Assembly (NCBI GenBank): GCA_959602045.1
Contig: CAUGRT010000004.1
Span: 1 to 64,000, forward strand
Length of the DNA stretch: 64,000 nt
Direction of reading: 5' to 3'
Source: an uncultured Clostridia bacterium
Lineage (GTDB): Bacteria > Bacillota > Clostridia > UBA1381
A model generated the notes under the pieces. The model was given only the letters and a program-made list of their open reading frames with translations, did no database searches and was not told where the DNA came from. Of this stretch, positions 45,751 through 55,514 are shown piece after piece. How positions within the stretch are numbered: position 1 is the stretch's first letter; every line of letters begins with the position of its first letter. The position numbers and the translations under genes are program-made.

Positions 45751-47631
45751 ATGAAGAAACTGATTACAGCGTTTCTGAGCCTGGCGCTGATGCTGTCTGC
45801 GAGCGGCGGCGTGTCATACGCGGAAACGGAAAACGAAACCTATTCGGGGATTTTTGAAGAATATGCTGCCTATGAGGGCAATGTTCCTGAAGTCCTGGAT
45901 TCGGAAGAATGGACGGATAAAAGCACCGATGATGTATGCGTAAAAAAGATTCATTATAAATCATATAATGACAGCAAAATTTACGCAGTTGTGGCTTATC
46001 CGAGAACATCAGGAAATTATCCGGGCAGACTGTCCTTGCATGGCGGCGGAATGTGCGCAAACGACAAGGTCGGAGATGTTATTACATTTGCGAAGGCAGG
46101 ATATGTAGCCATTGCGCCGGATCTGCCGGGCATTTTGGGCGCCAATAAGCTTGACAATTCCGATGGAGCATGGAAAGACAATTACAATTACGAAACCGAT
46201 ATGTTCAAGTTCAATACAGATGAAAAGGACAGTGTTTTGTATGACGCTCTGACTTCCGCAATTTATGCTTTCCATTTGCTTCAATCCGGAAATCTGACCG
46301 GTGACGCAAGCGTTAAAGTGGATATGGATCATATCGGTATTTCCGGCGTATCATGGGGCGGATATACAACAACAATGCTGTCCGGAATCCTGGGCGATCA
46401 GGTTAAGGCAGCCTATGCGCTTTTCGGAACCGGCAACTATGATGTCGGAGAGTATTGGAACGTAAAAAACAGATGCTTAAATCTCATGAGTGAAGAAGCA
46501 AGAGAAAAATGGCTGGCAAATTATGATGCCGGCAGAGTTTCAAAATATACTACTTGCGACTTCTTTGAGGCTGCGGCAACCAATGATACCTATTTTACTC
46601 CGACCATGACGCAAAAGACGCTGGATTCCATGCAGGGATATACAAACATGCTATATTCACCGAACACCGATCATACGATTATGGTGGACGGAGTTCAGTA
46701 TTGGAATACCGATATTGAACAGAAATGGTTTAATTACCTGCTGAAAGGTGAGGGCGAGGCGCTTCCTAAAATCACATATCGGAATGCCAATTCGGAAATT
46801 AACAACTACAGCGTGACCTATGATGTTCCCAATAACACCACAGCTGAAAACATCAAAGCCTATTACAGTTACAGAAGCGATGGTTTATGGACAAAGAGAA
46901 AATGGGTTCAGATTGATTCGGACTGTATTGAAGTAAACGGAAATGCGGCGACGGTGAATATCCCGGACGAGCTTATGACGGGCAGCGTGGATGTGTTTGC
47001 TTCACTGACCGACGGTTCAACCTATACCGTCAGCAGTTATGTTCAGACCTTGAAAAAGGGCAATGCACAGTATGATGTGAACATGAACTATAATCAAGAA
47101 AAAAATTCAGCCGAGATTACGGGAACGGTACCGGCAGGATATGACGTAATGCTTCTGTGTGCAAATCCGGCATCGACGAATGATGACATTTACTATTTTG
47201 ACACCGCCAATAATGTCGGTGAGCAGTTTAATTTTTCCGTTCCGATGTCAGCAGCTGAGTTTTACGGAAAATATAAGTTTACGATCGGTATCAACGGAAA
47301 GGATGAATATACTGCAAAAATAGACTATATCTATCCGTTCGTCGGATCGGGATATGATTTTGAAAAATTTGCGGTTACGGGCAAATATGAGGCGAACGGA
47401 ACACTTACGGCAGCCGTAAGCACAACGGACACCGAAAGAACATATAATATTTTATTTGCTCTTTTTGATAAGGCAACCGGAGAATTGAAGAAAGTCAAAA
47501 TGGGTCAGAATTCCGCGGAAATGACATTGCCGGAGGATACATCCGGAACATGTGTAAGAGCATTTCTTTGGGATATGAGTAATGCGCAAACGCCGATCAC
47601 GGATACTATTTGCGTCAATCCGGCAAATTAA
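45751..47631 (+). CDS. Secreted alpha/beta-hydrolase-fold esterase/peptidase with C-terminal Ig-like beta domains
   Basis: Signal peptide MKKLITAFLSLALMLSASGGVSYA; GISGVSWGG (GxSxG nucleophile elbow); C-terminal beta-sandwich-like repeats. Confidence 0.6.
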   Translation: MKKLITAFLSLALMLSASGGVSYAETENETYSGIFEEYAAYEGNVPEVLDSEEWTDKSTDDVCVKKIHYKSYNDSKIYAVVAYPRTSGNYPGRLSLHGGGMCANDKVGDVITFAKAGYVAIAPDLPGILGANKLDNSDGAWKDNYNYETDMFKFNTDEKDSVLYDALTSAIYAFHLLQSGNLTGDASVKVDMDHIGISGVSWGGYTTTMLSGILGDQVKAAYALFGTGNYDVGEYWNVKNRCLNLMSEEAREKWLANYDAGRVSKYTTCDFFEAAATNDTYFTPTMTQKTLDSMQGYTNMLYSPNTDHTIMVDGVQYWNTDIEQKWFNYLLKGEGEALPKITYRNANSEINNYSVTYDVPNNTTAENIKAYYSYRSDGLWTKRKWVQIDSDCIEVNGNAATVNIPDELMTGSVDVFASLTDGSTYTVSSYVQTLKKGNAQYDVNMNYNQEKNSAEITGTVPAGYDVMLLCANPASTNDDIYYFDTANNVGEQFNFSVPMSAAEFYGKYKFTIGINGKDEYTAKIDYIYPFVGSGYDFEKFAVTGKYEANGTLTAAVSTTDTERTYNILFALFDKATGELKKVKMGQNSAEMTLPEDTSGTCVRAFLWDMSNAQTPITDTICVNPAN

Positions 47632-47645
47632 CAGGAGGTGCGGAT

Positions 47646-49901
47646 ATGAAAAAGATTATTTCGATTATACTGACAATATTTATGCTTGCCGGCATAATGA
47701 ACGTATGCGTTTATGCGGAGAACGATTCCGTGACGGTGAGCTTCAGGACTGTTGACGGAACCTTTGATCCCAACAAGGGCAGCGGAGATTATTTTTATAA
47801 CAGCGGTACATGCAATTGGAATATAGACATTCCCGAAAACGGATATTATCAGCTTTCCGTAAACAATAACTATGTTGCAGGAAGCTCGACCTTTGCATTT
47901 GCATCCGGTAATGAAAGTATTTCAGAGCAGTTTACTTTTGGCGAGGATAGTACAACCGTTGTGATGCAGGATTATATTTACCTTGAGAAAGGTTCAAATG
48001 CAGTTAAGTTTTCAACAACAACCGGAGGAACGATTAAGGATTTTACACTGACATTAAAAGAAAAAGCGACCTTAATAAAATTCAAGGCAACCGATGGAAC
48101 TCTCAGCAACGGACAGGTAAACGGCTATTATTATGACGGAACAAAGGGAACATATCAGGTTACAATTCCGACAAACGGATATTATACATTTACGGTGAAT
48201 CACAGCTTGGGAAATGCTTATCAAAAAACAAATGCCACTCTGAGCGTTACATGCGGTAACGAAACAATATCCGAAGATTTCGAGTTTGACAACACAAGAA
48301 CAACGACCGTTTTGAAAGATTCTATTTATCTGACAAAGGGAACACAGACGATTGAGTTTAAAACTTCCGGCGGCGGAATGGTATATGATATGGCATTAAG
48401 ATTGGAAAATGAAGAAACACATATTGATTTTAATGCAGATACCTTTAATGAGGAAAAAACCAATCAGTATGGATATGCTACGCAAACTCCGGGCGCTTGG
48501 TGGTATCTGGATAGCGTAGGGTTAAGCTACAATTTGGATAACCTGCCTGCAAACGGCGTATATAAACTGACTGTATGGTACTCCATTAATGCGGAAAATA
48601 CCTTTACCATAGCATCGGGAAAAGAAAGGGTAGAGCAATCGGCTGCTGCGGTGGAAAGTAAAACAGAAGCGGCATTTGATAACGGCATTTATCTGGAAAA
48701 AGGCGGAGTCCTGAAGTTTATCCCGTCAAAGGGCGGCGTAATCTACGGATTCAGACTGACCTTGCTGAACGAAGAAACCAGACTCACAAAGTCGGTATTG
48801 GATTATGTTGAAGCAAGTGATGTGTATTCCAACGGTTACTTTACCAATAACGCATATGCGATCTATGATTTTGATCTTCCCGCAAACGGAAAATATGATG
48901 TAGTGATAAGCTATAGCGGCACACCGGTGAATGATGAAACAGCGGTTACATATCTGAATACAAGATATTCTATCGCAAAGGTTGCTCATACGGGTCTTTC
49001 CGGGGAAACCATTGTTTCGGGACTGGAGATGTATAAAAAGGACGGAAAAGTCAAAATTTCCGGTCTGGGCAGTTGTACGGTAACAGGAGTCAGCCTGGTT
49101 CTGCGTGAGGCTATGGACAGCGTAAGCTTAACAAAGCTGGGCTATGCAACAGTCAGCGCAGGATATAATGCAGCGGCTGCAAGCAGAGTAATTGATGGCA
49201 GCGATGATACTACATGGTTCTTTAATGTTGCTGGAACGTCTGATAAGAATATATCTGATAAGTGGATTCAGATTAACCTTGACGCACCGCATAAGATTTC
49301 GCAAATCAGATATTTGAGCGGCAAAAATGCAGCTTGGGATATGTTCGGCAAAGAGATCAGTATTCGGGTGTCGAATGACCCTGAATTCGGAAGCTATAAG
49401 GAAGTAGCGTCCACATCGAAAAACGGCGCAATCCCGACGGATGGTGCTACCTATTATGATGTATCTGTAAATGATCAGGAGGAGTATCGCTATATCCGTG
49501 TTGCAAAGTGCGTGGAAGATTCGGCGAACCTCGCGATGGCTTGTGCTGAACTCGATGTTATCGGTTCGGAGGAGAGCGTATCGGGCAATGCTGCAATTAA
49601 TTTCTCGCAGAACGCGAATGTTATAACACAGCTGGCGGACGGAAGCTGCACGGCAGGTACAGTAGTTACCAACAACAAGGAAACGGACGCTGATTATTAT
49701 ATCATTGTAGGACTTTACAATGAGAACGGAGTTATGACGAAGTGCTTTAAGAAAGCGGTAACGATTTCTCAGGGCATGACGATGCCTTTGTCAATCAATT
49801 TTGAAAAGGAAGAAGATACAGTAAAGGTACAGTGTGCCGTATTTGACGGATACGATACTGCGCTGATGGTTTGTGATTCCAATACCTTGACGGCAGAATA
49901 A
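47646..49901 (+). CDS. Secreted multi-domain carbohydrate-binding protein with a C-terminal F5/8-type-C (discoidin) domain
   Basis: Signal peptide MKKIISIILTIFMLAGIMNVCVYA; three internal roughly 110-aa repeats (...TVSF/IKF/IDF...GGxIxDFxLxL); discoidin-like ...WIQINLDAPHKISQIRYLSGK...RVSNDPEF. Confidence 0.6.
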   Translation: MKKIISIILTIFMLAGIMNVCVYAENDSVTVSFRTVDGTFDPNKGSGDYFYNSGTCNWNIDIPENGYYQLSVNNNYVAGSSTFAFASGNESISEQFTFGEDSTTVVMQDYIYLEKGSNAVKFSTTTGGTIKDFTLTLKEKATLIKFKATDGTLSNGQVNGYYYDGTKGTYQVTIPTNGYYTFTVNHSLGNAYQKTNATLSVTCGNETISEDFEFDNTRTTTVLKDSIYLTKGTQTIEFKTSGGGMVYDMALRLENEETHIDFNADTFNEEKTNQYGYATQTPGAWWYLDSVGLSYNLDNLPANGVYKLTVWYSINAENTFTIASGKERVEQSAAAVESKTEAAFDNGIYLEKGGVLKFIPSKGGVIYGFRLTLLNEETRLTKSVLDYVEASDVYSNGYFTNNAYAIYDFDLPANGKYDVVISYSGTPVNDETAVTYLNTRYSIAKVAHTGLSGETIVSGLEMYKKDGKVKISGLGSCTVTGVSLVLREAMDSVSLTKLGYATVSAGYNAAAASRVIDGSDDTTWFFNVAGTSDKNISDKWIQINLDAPHKISQIRYLSGKNAAWDMFGKEISIRVSNDPEFGSYKEVASTSKNGAIPTDGATYYDVSVNDQEEYRYIRVAKCVEDSANLAMACAELDVIGSEESVSGNAAINFSQNANVITQLADGSCTAGTVVTNNKETDADYYIIVGLYNENGVMTKCFKKAVTISQGMTMPLSINFEKEEDTVKVQCAVFDGYDTALMVCDSNTLTAE

Positions 49902-49920
49902 TGATAGTTTAATAATCAAA

Positions 49921-49952
49921 ATGGGCTGTGAATTTTCGCAGCCCATTTTGAT
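49921..49952 (+). terminator. Rho-independent terminator (aaaatgggctg-tgaattttcg-cagcccatttt)
   Basis: Perfect 11-bp stem with flanking A/T runs. Confidence 0.7.
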
Positions 49953-50000
49953 TAAGGAATAAAACAATAAAATACAGTCATGTATTTTATTTTTGTGTTG

Positions 50001-50029
50001 TTTACAAAAAAATAGCGGCATGCTATAAT
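50001..50029 (+). promoter_or_regulatory. Sigma-A-type promoter (TTTACA, 17 nt, TGcTATAAT) for the ABC transporter operon
   Basis: Extended -10 with consensus spacing. Confidence 0.5.
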
Positions 50030-50121
50030 TATTATAGAAACATTGGATAACCAATATGGGAGGCGAGATTTTTTTGAGTACAGAATTATCACTTAAAGCA
50101 GAGAGAAAAAAGAGCCTGAAA

Positions 50122-51018
50122 ATGCGAATGAAAAAATACAAGGCATTTTATTTAATGCAGATACCAATTATCATTTTGGTCATTATTTTTTCATATATAC
50201 CGATGTTCGGCATTATTATGGCTTTTCAGGAGTATGACATTTTAGGCGGATTTTTTGCGAGCAAATGGGTAGGACTTGATAATTTCATCAAGATTGTTAC
50301 GATTCCGAAATTTGTGGATGCGATAAAAAATACCCTGTATATCGGAGTCATTACCTGGATTTTCGGAACGCCGTTGCCGATTTTGCTGGCGGTCATGATG
50401 CATGAAATCGTGAATACAAAATTCAGAAGCGTTGTTCAGACGATTACATATCTTCCGCACTTTGTATCCTGGGTTGCGATTGCCGGAATCTTTCAGACGG
50501 TATTTGCGAATGAGGGAACGTATAATATCATTATGAAGCTGATTATCGGCAGCGGATATGAACCGACCAATATTCTTATGAATCCAAAGCATTTCTGGGG
50601 GATCATATTCTGGACGAACCAATGGAAAGAGATTGGCTGGAACTCCATGATATTCTTTGCGGCGATTGCCGGAGTTGACCCGACGCAGTATGAAGCGGCA
50701 AAAATGGACGGATGCGGAAAAATCAGACAGATCTTCAGTATCACAATTCCGAACATTCTTCCTACGCTTGCGATTGTGCTGATTATGTCCACAGCCGGAT
50801 TCTTGTCTGCGAACTTTGAGCAGATTTTGAATTTCCAGAATGTCTATACTCAATCTCAGACAGAGGTTATACAAACGCTGACCTACCGAGAAGGTATCTT
50901 GCAGGCAAACTATTCAATGGCAATCGCCTTTGGATTTGCGGCAAGTATGGTTACTTTCCTGTTTATGATCATCAGTAACCGCGTAAGTAAGAAGGTATCG
51001 GACATAGGAATCTGGTAA
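50122..51018 (+). CDS. Carbohydrate ABC transporter permease (LplB/MsmF-like)
   Basis: Six transmembrane segments with an EAA-like loop; N-terminus MRMKKYKAFYLMQIP resembles LplB starts. The track ORF begins 66 nt earlier. Confidence 0.75.
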   Translation: MRMKKYKAFYLMQIPIIILVIIFSYIPMFGIIMAFQEYDILGGFFASKWVGLDNFIKIVTIPKFVDAIKNTLYIGVITWIFGTPLPILLAVMMHEIVNTKFRSVVQTITYLPHFVSWVAIAGIFQTVFANEGTYNIIMKLIIGSGYEPTNILMNPKHFWGIIFWTNQWKEIGWNSMIFFAAIAGVDPTQYEAAKMDGCGKIRQIFSITIPNILPTLAIVLIMSTAGFLSANFEQILNFQNVYTQSQTEVIQTLTYREGILQANYSMAIAFGFAASMVTFLFMIISNRVSKKVSDIGIW

Positions 51019-51056
51019 TACATCGGAATGTAGTTGAAAAGAGGGTTGTACAAATA

Positions 51057-51938
51057 ATGAGAACTAAATCAGAAAAGATATTAAATGTGGTTAATATCAG
51101 TGTCATGATATTCTTGACGGTGTTGATGCTATACCCGTTCTTAAACCAGCTGGCTATTGCTTTTAATACCGGAGGAGATACCGCAAGAGGGGGAATTACC
51201 ATCTATCCCCGTGAATTTACATTATCGAATTTTGCTTCGATTTTGTCGAGCAAGACGATATGGCAGGGGACATTGGTGACACTGATCCATACTGTTTTTA
51301 CGGTTGCAAAATCGGTCATACTTACTTTTATTGTGGCGTATACACTGAACAAAAAAGAAATGCCGTTCCGGAATGCATTGACATGGTTTTTCATGCTTCC
51401 GATGTATATACCGGTAAGTGAGATTGCAAGACTGATTCAATATCGGTATATGCACCTTGTAAACAGCTATTGGGTATATATTATACCGACATTCGTCGGG
51501 TTCTATAACGTAATGCTGGTTCGGTCATTTTTCAGCAGCGTTTCGGAATCGTATGAGGAGGCGGCTATGATTGACGGCGCAAGTGAGATTCAGACGTTAT
51601 TCAGCGTCATCATTCCGCTGTGTAAGCCGATTCTTATTACGATTGCACTATGGGGTGTAGTTGCGAGCTGGAATTCATGGAGCGTCAGTCTTTACTATAT
51701 AACCGATCCGAAGCTTTATGAATTGCAGTATGTTTTGAGAAGGCTGATTACCGAAGCACAGGCGATTTCTAAATTGGCGAATGAAACAGGCGCGAGCGGA
51801 TATGTGGCGGATCGTCCTTCGTCCACAACGTTGCAGGCGGCATCGGTGATTTTCTCGGCTTTGCCGATTATGATTATATTCCCGCTGTTCCAGAAATACT
51901 TTACGCAGGGAATTAATCTGGGCGGAGTAAAGGATTAA
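51057..51938 (+). CDS. Carbohydrate ABC transporter permease (LplC/MsmG-like)
   Basis: Six transmembrane segments; EAAMIDGAS EAA motif. Confidence 0.85.
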   Translation: MRTKSEKILNVVNISVMIFLTVLMLYPFLNQLAIAFNTGGDTARGGITIYPREFTLSNFASILSSKTIWQGTLVTLIHTVFTVAKSVILTFIVAYTLNKKEMPFRNALTWFFMLPMYIPVSEIARLIQYRYMHLVNSYWVYIIPTFVGFYNVMLVRSFFSSVSESYEEAAMIDGASEIQTLFSVIIPLCKPILITIALWGVVASWNSWSVSLYYITDPKLYELQYVLRRLITEAQAISKLANETGASGYVADRPSSTTLQAASVIFSALPIMIIFPLFQKYFTQGINLGGVKD

Positions 51939-52000
51939 CAAAAATTTCTTATTGCATAAATTATAAAAAGATATTAAAATTAAAGAAGGGATGAAAAAAG

Positions 52001-53818
52001 ATGAAAACAAAATCAAAAAGAATGGTATCTTTGGCGCTGGCATGTATTATGATGCTCGGTGTTGCAGGATGCAAAAAGGAAACGGAACCCGAACAGGCAG
52101 CGTTTCACTATGAGGGAGATACGTTTGTTCCGGATAAGCAGTTGAACGTCAAGGTATGGTCAACTCAAGGTTCGGACGCCAGCGCACCGACGCAGGTCAA
52201 GGATAATGTGGTAGAAAAATGGCTGGAGGATACCACAAAGGTAACGGTTGATGAGGTTTTGGGTAACGGCGGAGGAGAATGGGAATCGGCTCTTGCAAAG
52301 ATGATTGCAGGAGGAACGCTCCCCGAAATCGTAAGCTGTGCCGGAGGGCAGGGACCTACGCATTTTGCGAAGCTTGCTGAGGCGGATAAGATCTGGGAAT
52401 TAACGCCCGAAATGCTGCAAAAATATGCTCCGAATGTATGGAATAAGATTCCGCAGAAATATTGGGAGAAAATTAAGGTGGGCGGAAAAATTTACGGTGT
52501 ACCGTACAACTTCCCGACTGATACAGAATTTATCCCGGATCTGAATGAGGAAGAAATAGAAGCATTCAGCGGCGCAACCCAAACAAATGTCACAAAATGC
52601 CTGTGGATCAGAGATGATATTGCAAAAATGATTTATCCGGATTGCAAGTCCTATGATGAGTTAGTCGCTTTGCAAAAGCAGAAGAATACCAAAATCGGCG
52701 ATGATATTATGGATATTCAGATTAACTCTACAGACGATTTAGTGAATTTGTTGAAGAAAATTAAGGATTTGAATTTAAAAGAGGGAAGTAAAACGGTATA
52801 TCCTACAGGATATTGGGGTTCGGATTGTTGGATTCCTCTTGCACAGTTCGGATCGGCGCTGATGGGACATCCGAATAAGAATTACATAGCCGTATGGGAC
52901 AGAGAGAAGAAAGAAATTTTCATGCCGCTGCTCGGTGAGGATATGAAGAAAAGCGCAAAGCTGCAAAATGAATTGGTTCGGGAGAAAGTCATTGATCCGG
53001 AAAGCCTTATTAATACGCAAAGTATATTTGATGAAAAAATGAACGAAGGCTTGTATGCGGTTATATCAATGCCATATTATGCTCCGACCTTCAATGCTTC
53101 TCTTGCTGCGGCAGGAAAGACCTTTAGATACAGACCGCTGTACACCAATGTGCCGGTTCTGAAAGGATATGAACAGGTTGAAAAACCAAAAACATGGGGA
53201 AATTGTGTCGGAATCTTGAAAACGGTTCCGGAAGAAGATTTACCGCTGCTGCTGAACTGGATGAATGTTCAATTCAGTGATAAGTGGGATGAGGTACGCT
53301 ACTGGGGACCGGAAAGCGCAGGACTTTATGAGGATCTCCCGGATGGCGGAAGACGTTTTAAGGACGAAGCTTTAAACAAGAGATTTTTGGAACAGGACGA
53401 CACAGCAAACAAGGTGGAGGATTGCTACGGATTGCAGACGCATTGCGGAAAGTTCTGGATGCAGTTTACTTATGCAAATCATTGGCATCCGCAAACTTAT
53501 AACCATATCAAGGTTTTTGCTTATCATACGGGAAGCGCTTTTGATTTTGCCCGTGACAGCAAGTATGTGATAAAAGATTTGCCGGAAGGTCCGAATGATG
53601 AGATATGGGCTGCTACCTATGCAAATATTCCCGAAGTGCAGAGTTTCTGGAATTCACGTTCCTCATGGGAAACACAATTCAGAGAAACACTGGCGGCAGC
53701 ATCCGAAGAAGATTTTGAAGCAAAATGGAATGCGGCTGTCGAAAATCTTAAGAGTGTAGTAGATGTTGAGAAGATGACTTCCGAAATGACGAAAGCAGCA
53801 AGGGAGTCGATTAAATAA
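52001..53818 (+). CDS. Extracellular solute-binding lipoprotein (LplA-like, large type)
   Basis: Signal peptide with LGVAGCKKE lipobox; 605-aa size typical of LplA-type solute-binding proteins. Confidence 0.75.
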   Translation: MKTKSKRMVSLALACIMMLGVAGCKKETEPEQAAFHYEGDTFVPDKQLNVKVWSTQGSDASAPTQVKDNVVEKWLEDTTKVTVDEVLGNGGGEWESALAKMIAGGTLPEIVSCAGGQGPTHFAKLAEADKIWELTPEMLQKYAPNVWNKIPQKYWEKIKVGGKIYGVPYNFPTDTEFIPDLNEEEIEAFSGATQTNVTKCLWIRDDIAKMIYPDCKSYDELVALQKQKNTKIGDDIMDIQINSTDDLVNLLKKIKDLNLKEGSKTVYPTGYWGSDCWIPLAQFGSALMGHPNKNYIAVWDREKKEIFMPLLGEDMKKSAKLQNELVREKVIDPESLINTQSIFDEKMNEGLYAVISMPYYAPTFNASLAAAGKTFRYRPLYTNVPVLKGYEQVEKPKTWGNCVGILKTVPEEDLPLLLNWMNVQFSDKWDEVRYWGPESAGLYEDLPDGGRRFKDEALNKRFLEQDDTANKVEDCYGLQTHCGKFWMQFTYANHWHPQTYNHIKVFAYHTGSAFDFARDSKYVIKDLPEGPNDEIWAATYANIPEVQSFWNSRSSWETQFRETLAAASEEDFEAKWNAAVENLKSVVDVEKMTSEMTKAARESIK

Positions 53819-53839
53819 ACGGAGGTTTCTATTCAAACA

Positions 53840-55468
53840 ATGAAAGCAAAAAAATATTACCTTTGTATTGTATGTGTATGGATTATGATGACGATTTGTG
53901 CGGCAGCTTCTGCCGCACAGCCGGAATCGGTGAATCTGGCAGCGGGGAAGAATGTCATATCGTCAAATTTACCCGATTCGCCGTTTGCAATTGCTAATTT
54001 GACGGATGGCGATACATCAACAATGTCGGAGTGGATTTGTACCGGAGCAGAAAAGGGTTTGGGACTTTATATTGCGGTCGATCTCGGGGATGAATATAAT
54101 ATCACATCGGTTCAGTTGTATGGCAGACAGGATCAGACCGGGGCAAATGCGGCGAGATACGGATTTGAAATTCAATTCTCAAATTCTCCCGATTTCCAAG
54201 ACTATGAAACAGCGGCAGGGCTAACAGAACAGGATGATAATGCTTTTCCTGCAAAAGGTTCTTTTACGCAGGAGGTTTCATTGACAAAGCAGTATAGATA
54301 TGTTAGACTGATTAGGACACAGGCAACTCCGAATTTATGGCTTTATTACAATGAATTAAAGGTTATGGGTTACGGGGATGTATACGATAAGGACTATACC
54401 CTGGTATCCGAGGGGAAAAGTGCGGTCACGGACAGAAACTATCCGGGATGCAACGGAGATTTGGCGCTGAACGATAAAATTGACGGAAGCAATCGCTGGT
54501 TGTATTACGGTAATGAGGATTATCATTATCTGATTGTTGATCTGGAAGAAGCCTATCATATAGGATATTTTGAAATCGAAAAGTTTACAAAGGGATACGA
54601 CACCTTTTATGAAAACACTTATATTTATGGTTGTAACGAATACAACACAGAGGATTTTTACGATGCCGATGGAAACGGAATTAAAGTGCTTGACGAGGCG
54701 AAATATAAAATCCTGGCAAGAATCGGAAAAAATCCGCCGGCAGTGAACAAAATTGAATGTGATGATTCCGAGGCGTATCGGTATTTGATCTACAGACGGA
54801 TTCAAAAAAGTGATACGGAGCTTGGGGGATTCCGGGCGTATGTTGTGAATCCAAAGGTGGTTTCATACACATCGGACTCAGAGAAAATTGTGCTGAAATT
54901 CAGTCATGACATGGATGCAGATACATTAAATCCGGAAAACATAGAGTTGTTAATCGACGGAGAGGCAGTACCCTATACGGGGGAATGTACGGATAAGAGA
55001 AAATATACCATCCTGTTTGACGGAGAAGTTTTTGATTCGGAAGTTTCGGTAAACATCAAAAGCGGTGTTAAGAATATTAACGGCGTTTCTGCGATAGAAA
55101 GAGAAGCGGTACAGTATACGGCAAGCAAGAAAATAGAGGTAGAGAAGTTTGGCTTTTATGCTTCGGATGAGGCGGACGCACAGCCGATTACGCAACCGGC
55201 TGACGTAACCTATGCATGTGCTGAGATTGCCAATAACAGCGCGGCGTCAGGACAGACGATTTATCTGGTGATTGCAGCATATGACAGCAATAATACGGTG
55301 GTTGCAATGAATTCACAGCGCAAGGAAATCGCACCGCAGGAAAAGGTGAACTTTAATGTATCGGTGGATACTGCCGGTTTGAGTGACATCAAAAAAATAA
55401 AAGCATATATGTGGCGCAGCTGTTACACCATGGCGGATTGCGTGCCGAGTATAACCTGCGAAAAATAG
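53840..55468 (+). CDS. Secreted protein with F5/8-type-C (discoidin) domains
   Basis: Signal peptide; the segment NLTDGDTSTMSEWICTG...YIAVDLGDEYNITSVQLYGRQD...FSNSPDFQ is discoidin-like. Confidence 0.6.
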   Translation: MKAKKYYLCIVCVWIMMTICAAASAAQPESVNLAAGKNVISSNLPDSPFAIANLTDGDTSTMSEWICTGAEKGLGLYIAVDLGDEYNITSVQLYGRQDQTGANAARYGFEIQFSNSPDFQDYETAAGLTEQDDNAFPAKGSFTQEVSLTKQYRYVRLIRTQATPNLWLYYNELKVMGYGDVYDKDYTLVSEGKSAVTDRNYPGCNGDLALNDKIDGSNRWLYYGNEDYHYLIVDLEEAYHIGYFEIEKFTKGYDTFYENTYIYGCNEYNTEDFYDADGNGIKVLDEAKYKILARIGKNPPAVNKIECDDSEAYRYLIYRRIQKSDTELGGFRAYVVNPKVVSYTSDSEKIVLKFSHDMDADTLNPENIELLIDGEAVPYTGECTDKRKYTILFDGEVFDSEVSVNIKSGVKNINGVSAIEREAVQYTASKKIEVEKFGFYASDEADAQPITQPADVTYACAEIANNSAASGQTIYLVIAAYDSNNTVVAMNSQRKEIAPQEKVNFNVSVDTAGLSDIKKIKAYMWRSCYTMADCVPSITCEK

Positions 55469-55514
55469 ATTTAAAATGTCTACACGGCTTGACGGATAGG
55501 GAAAGGAACTGTTT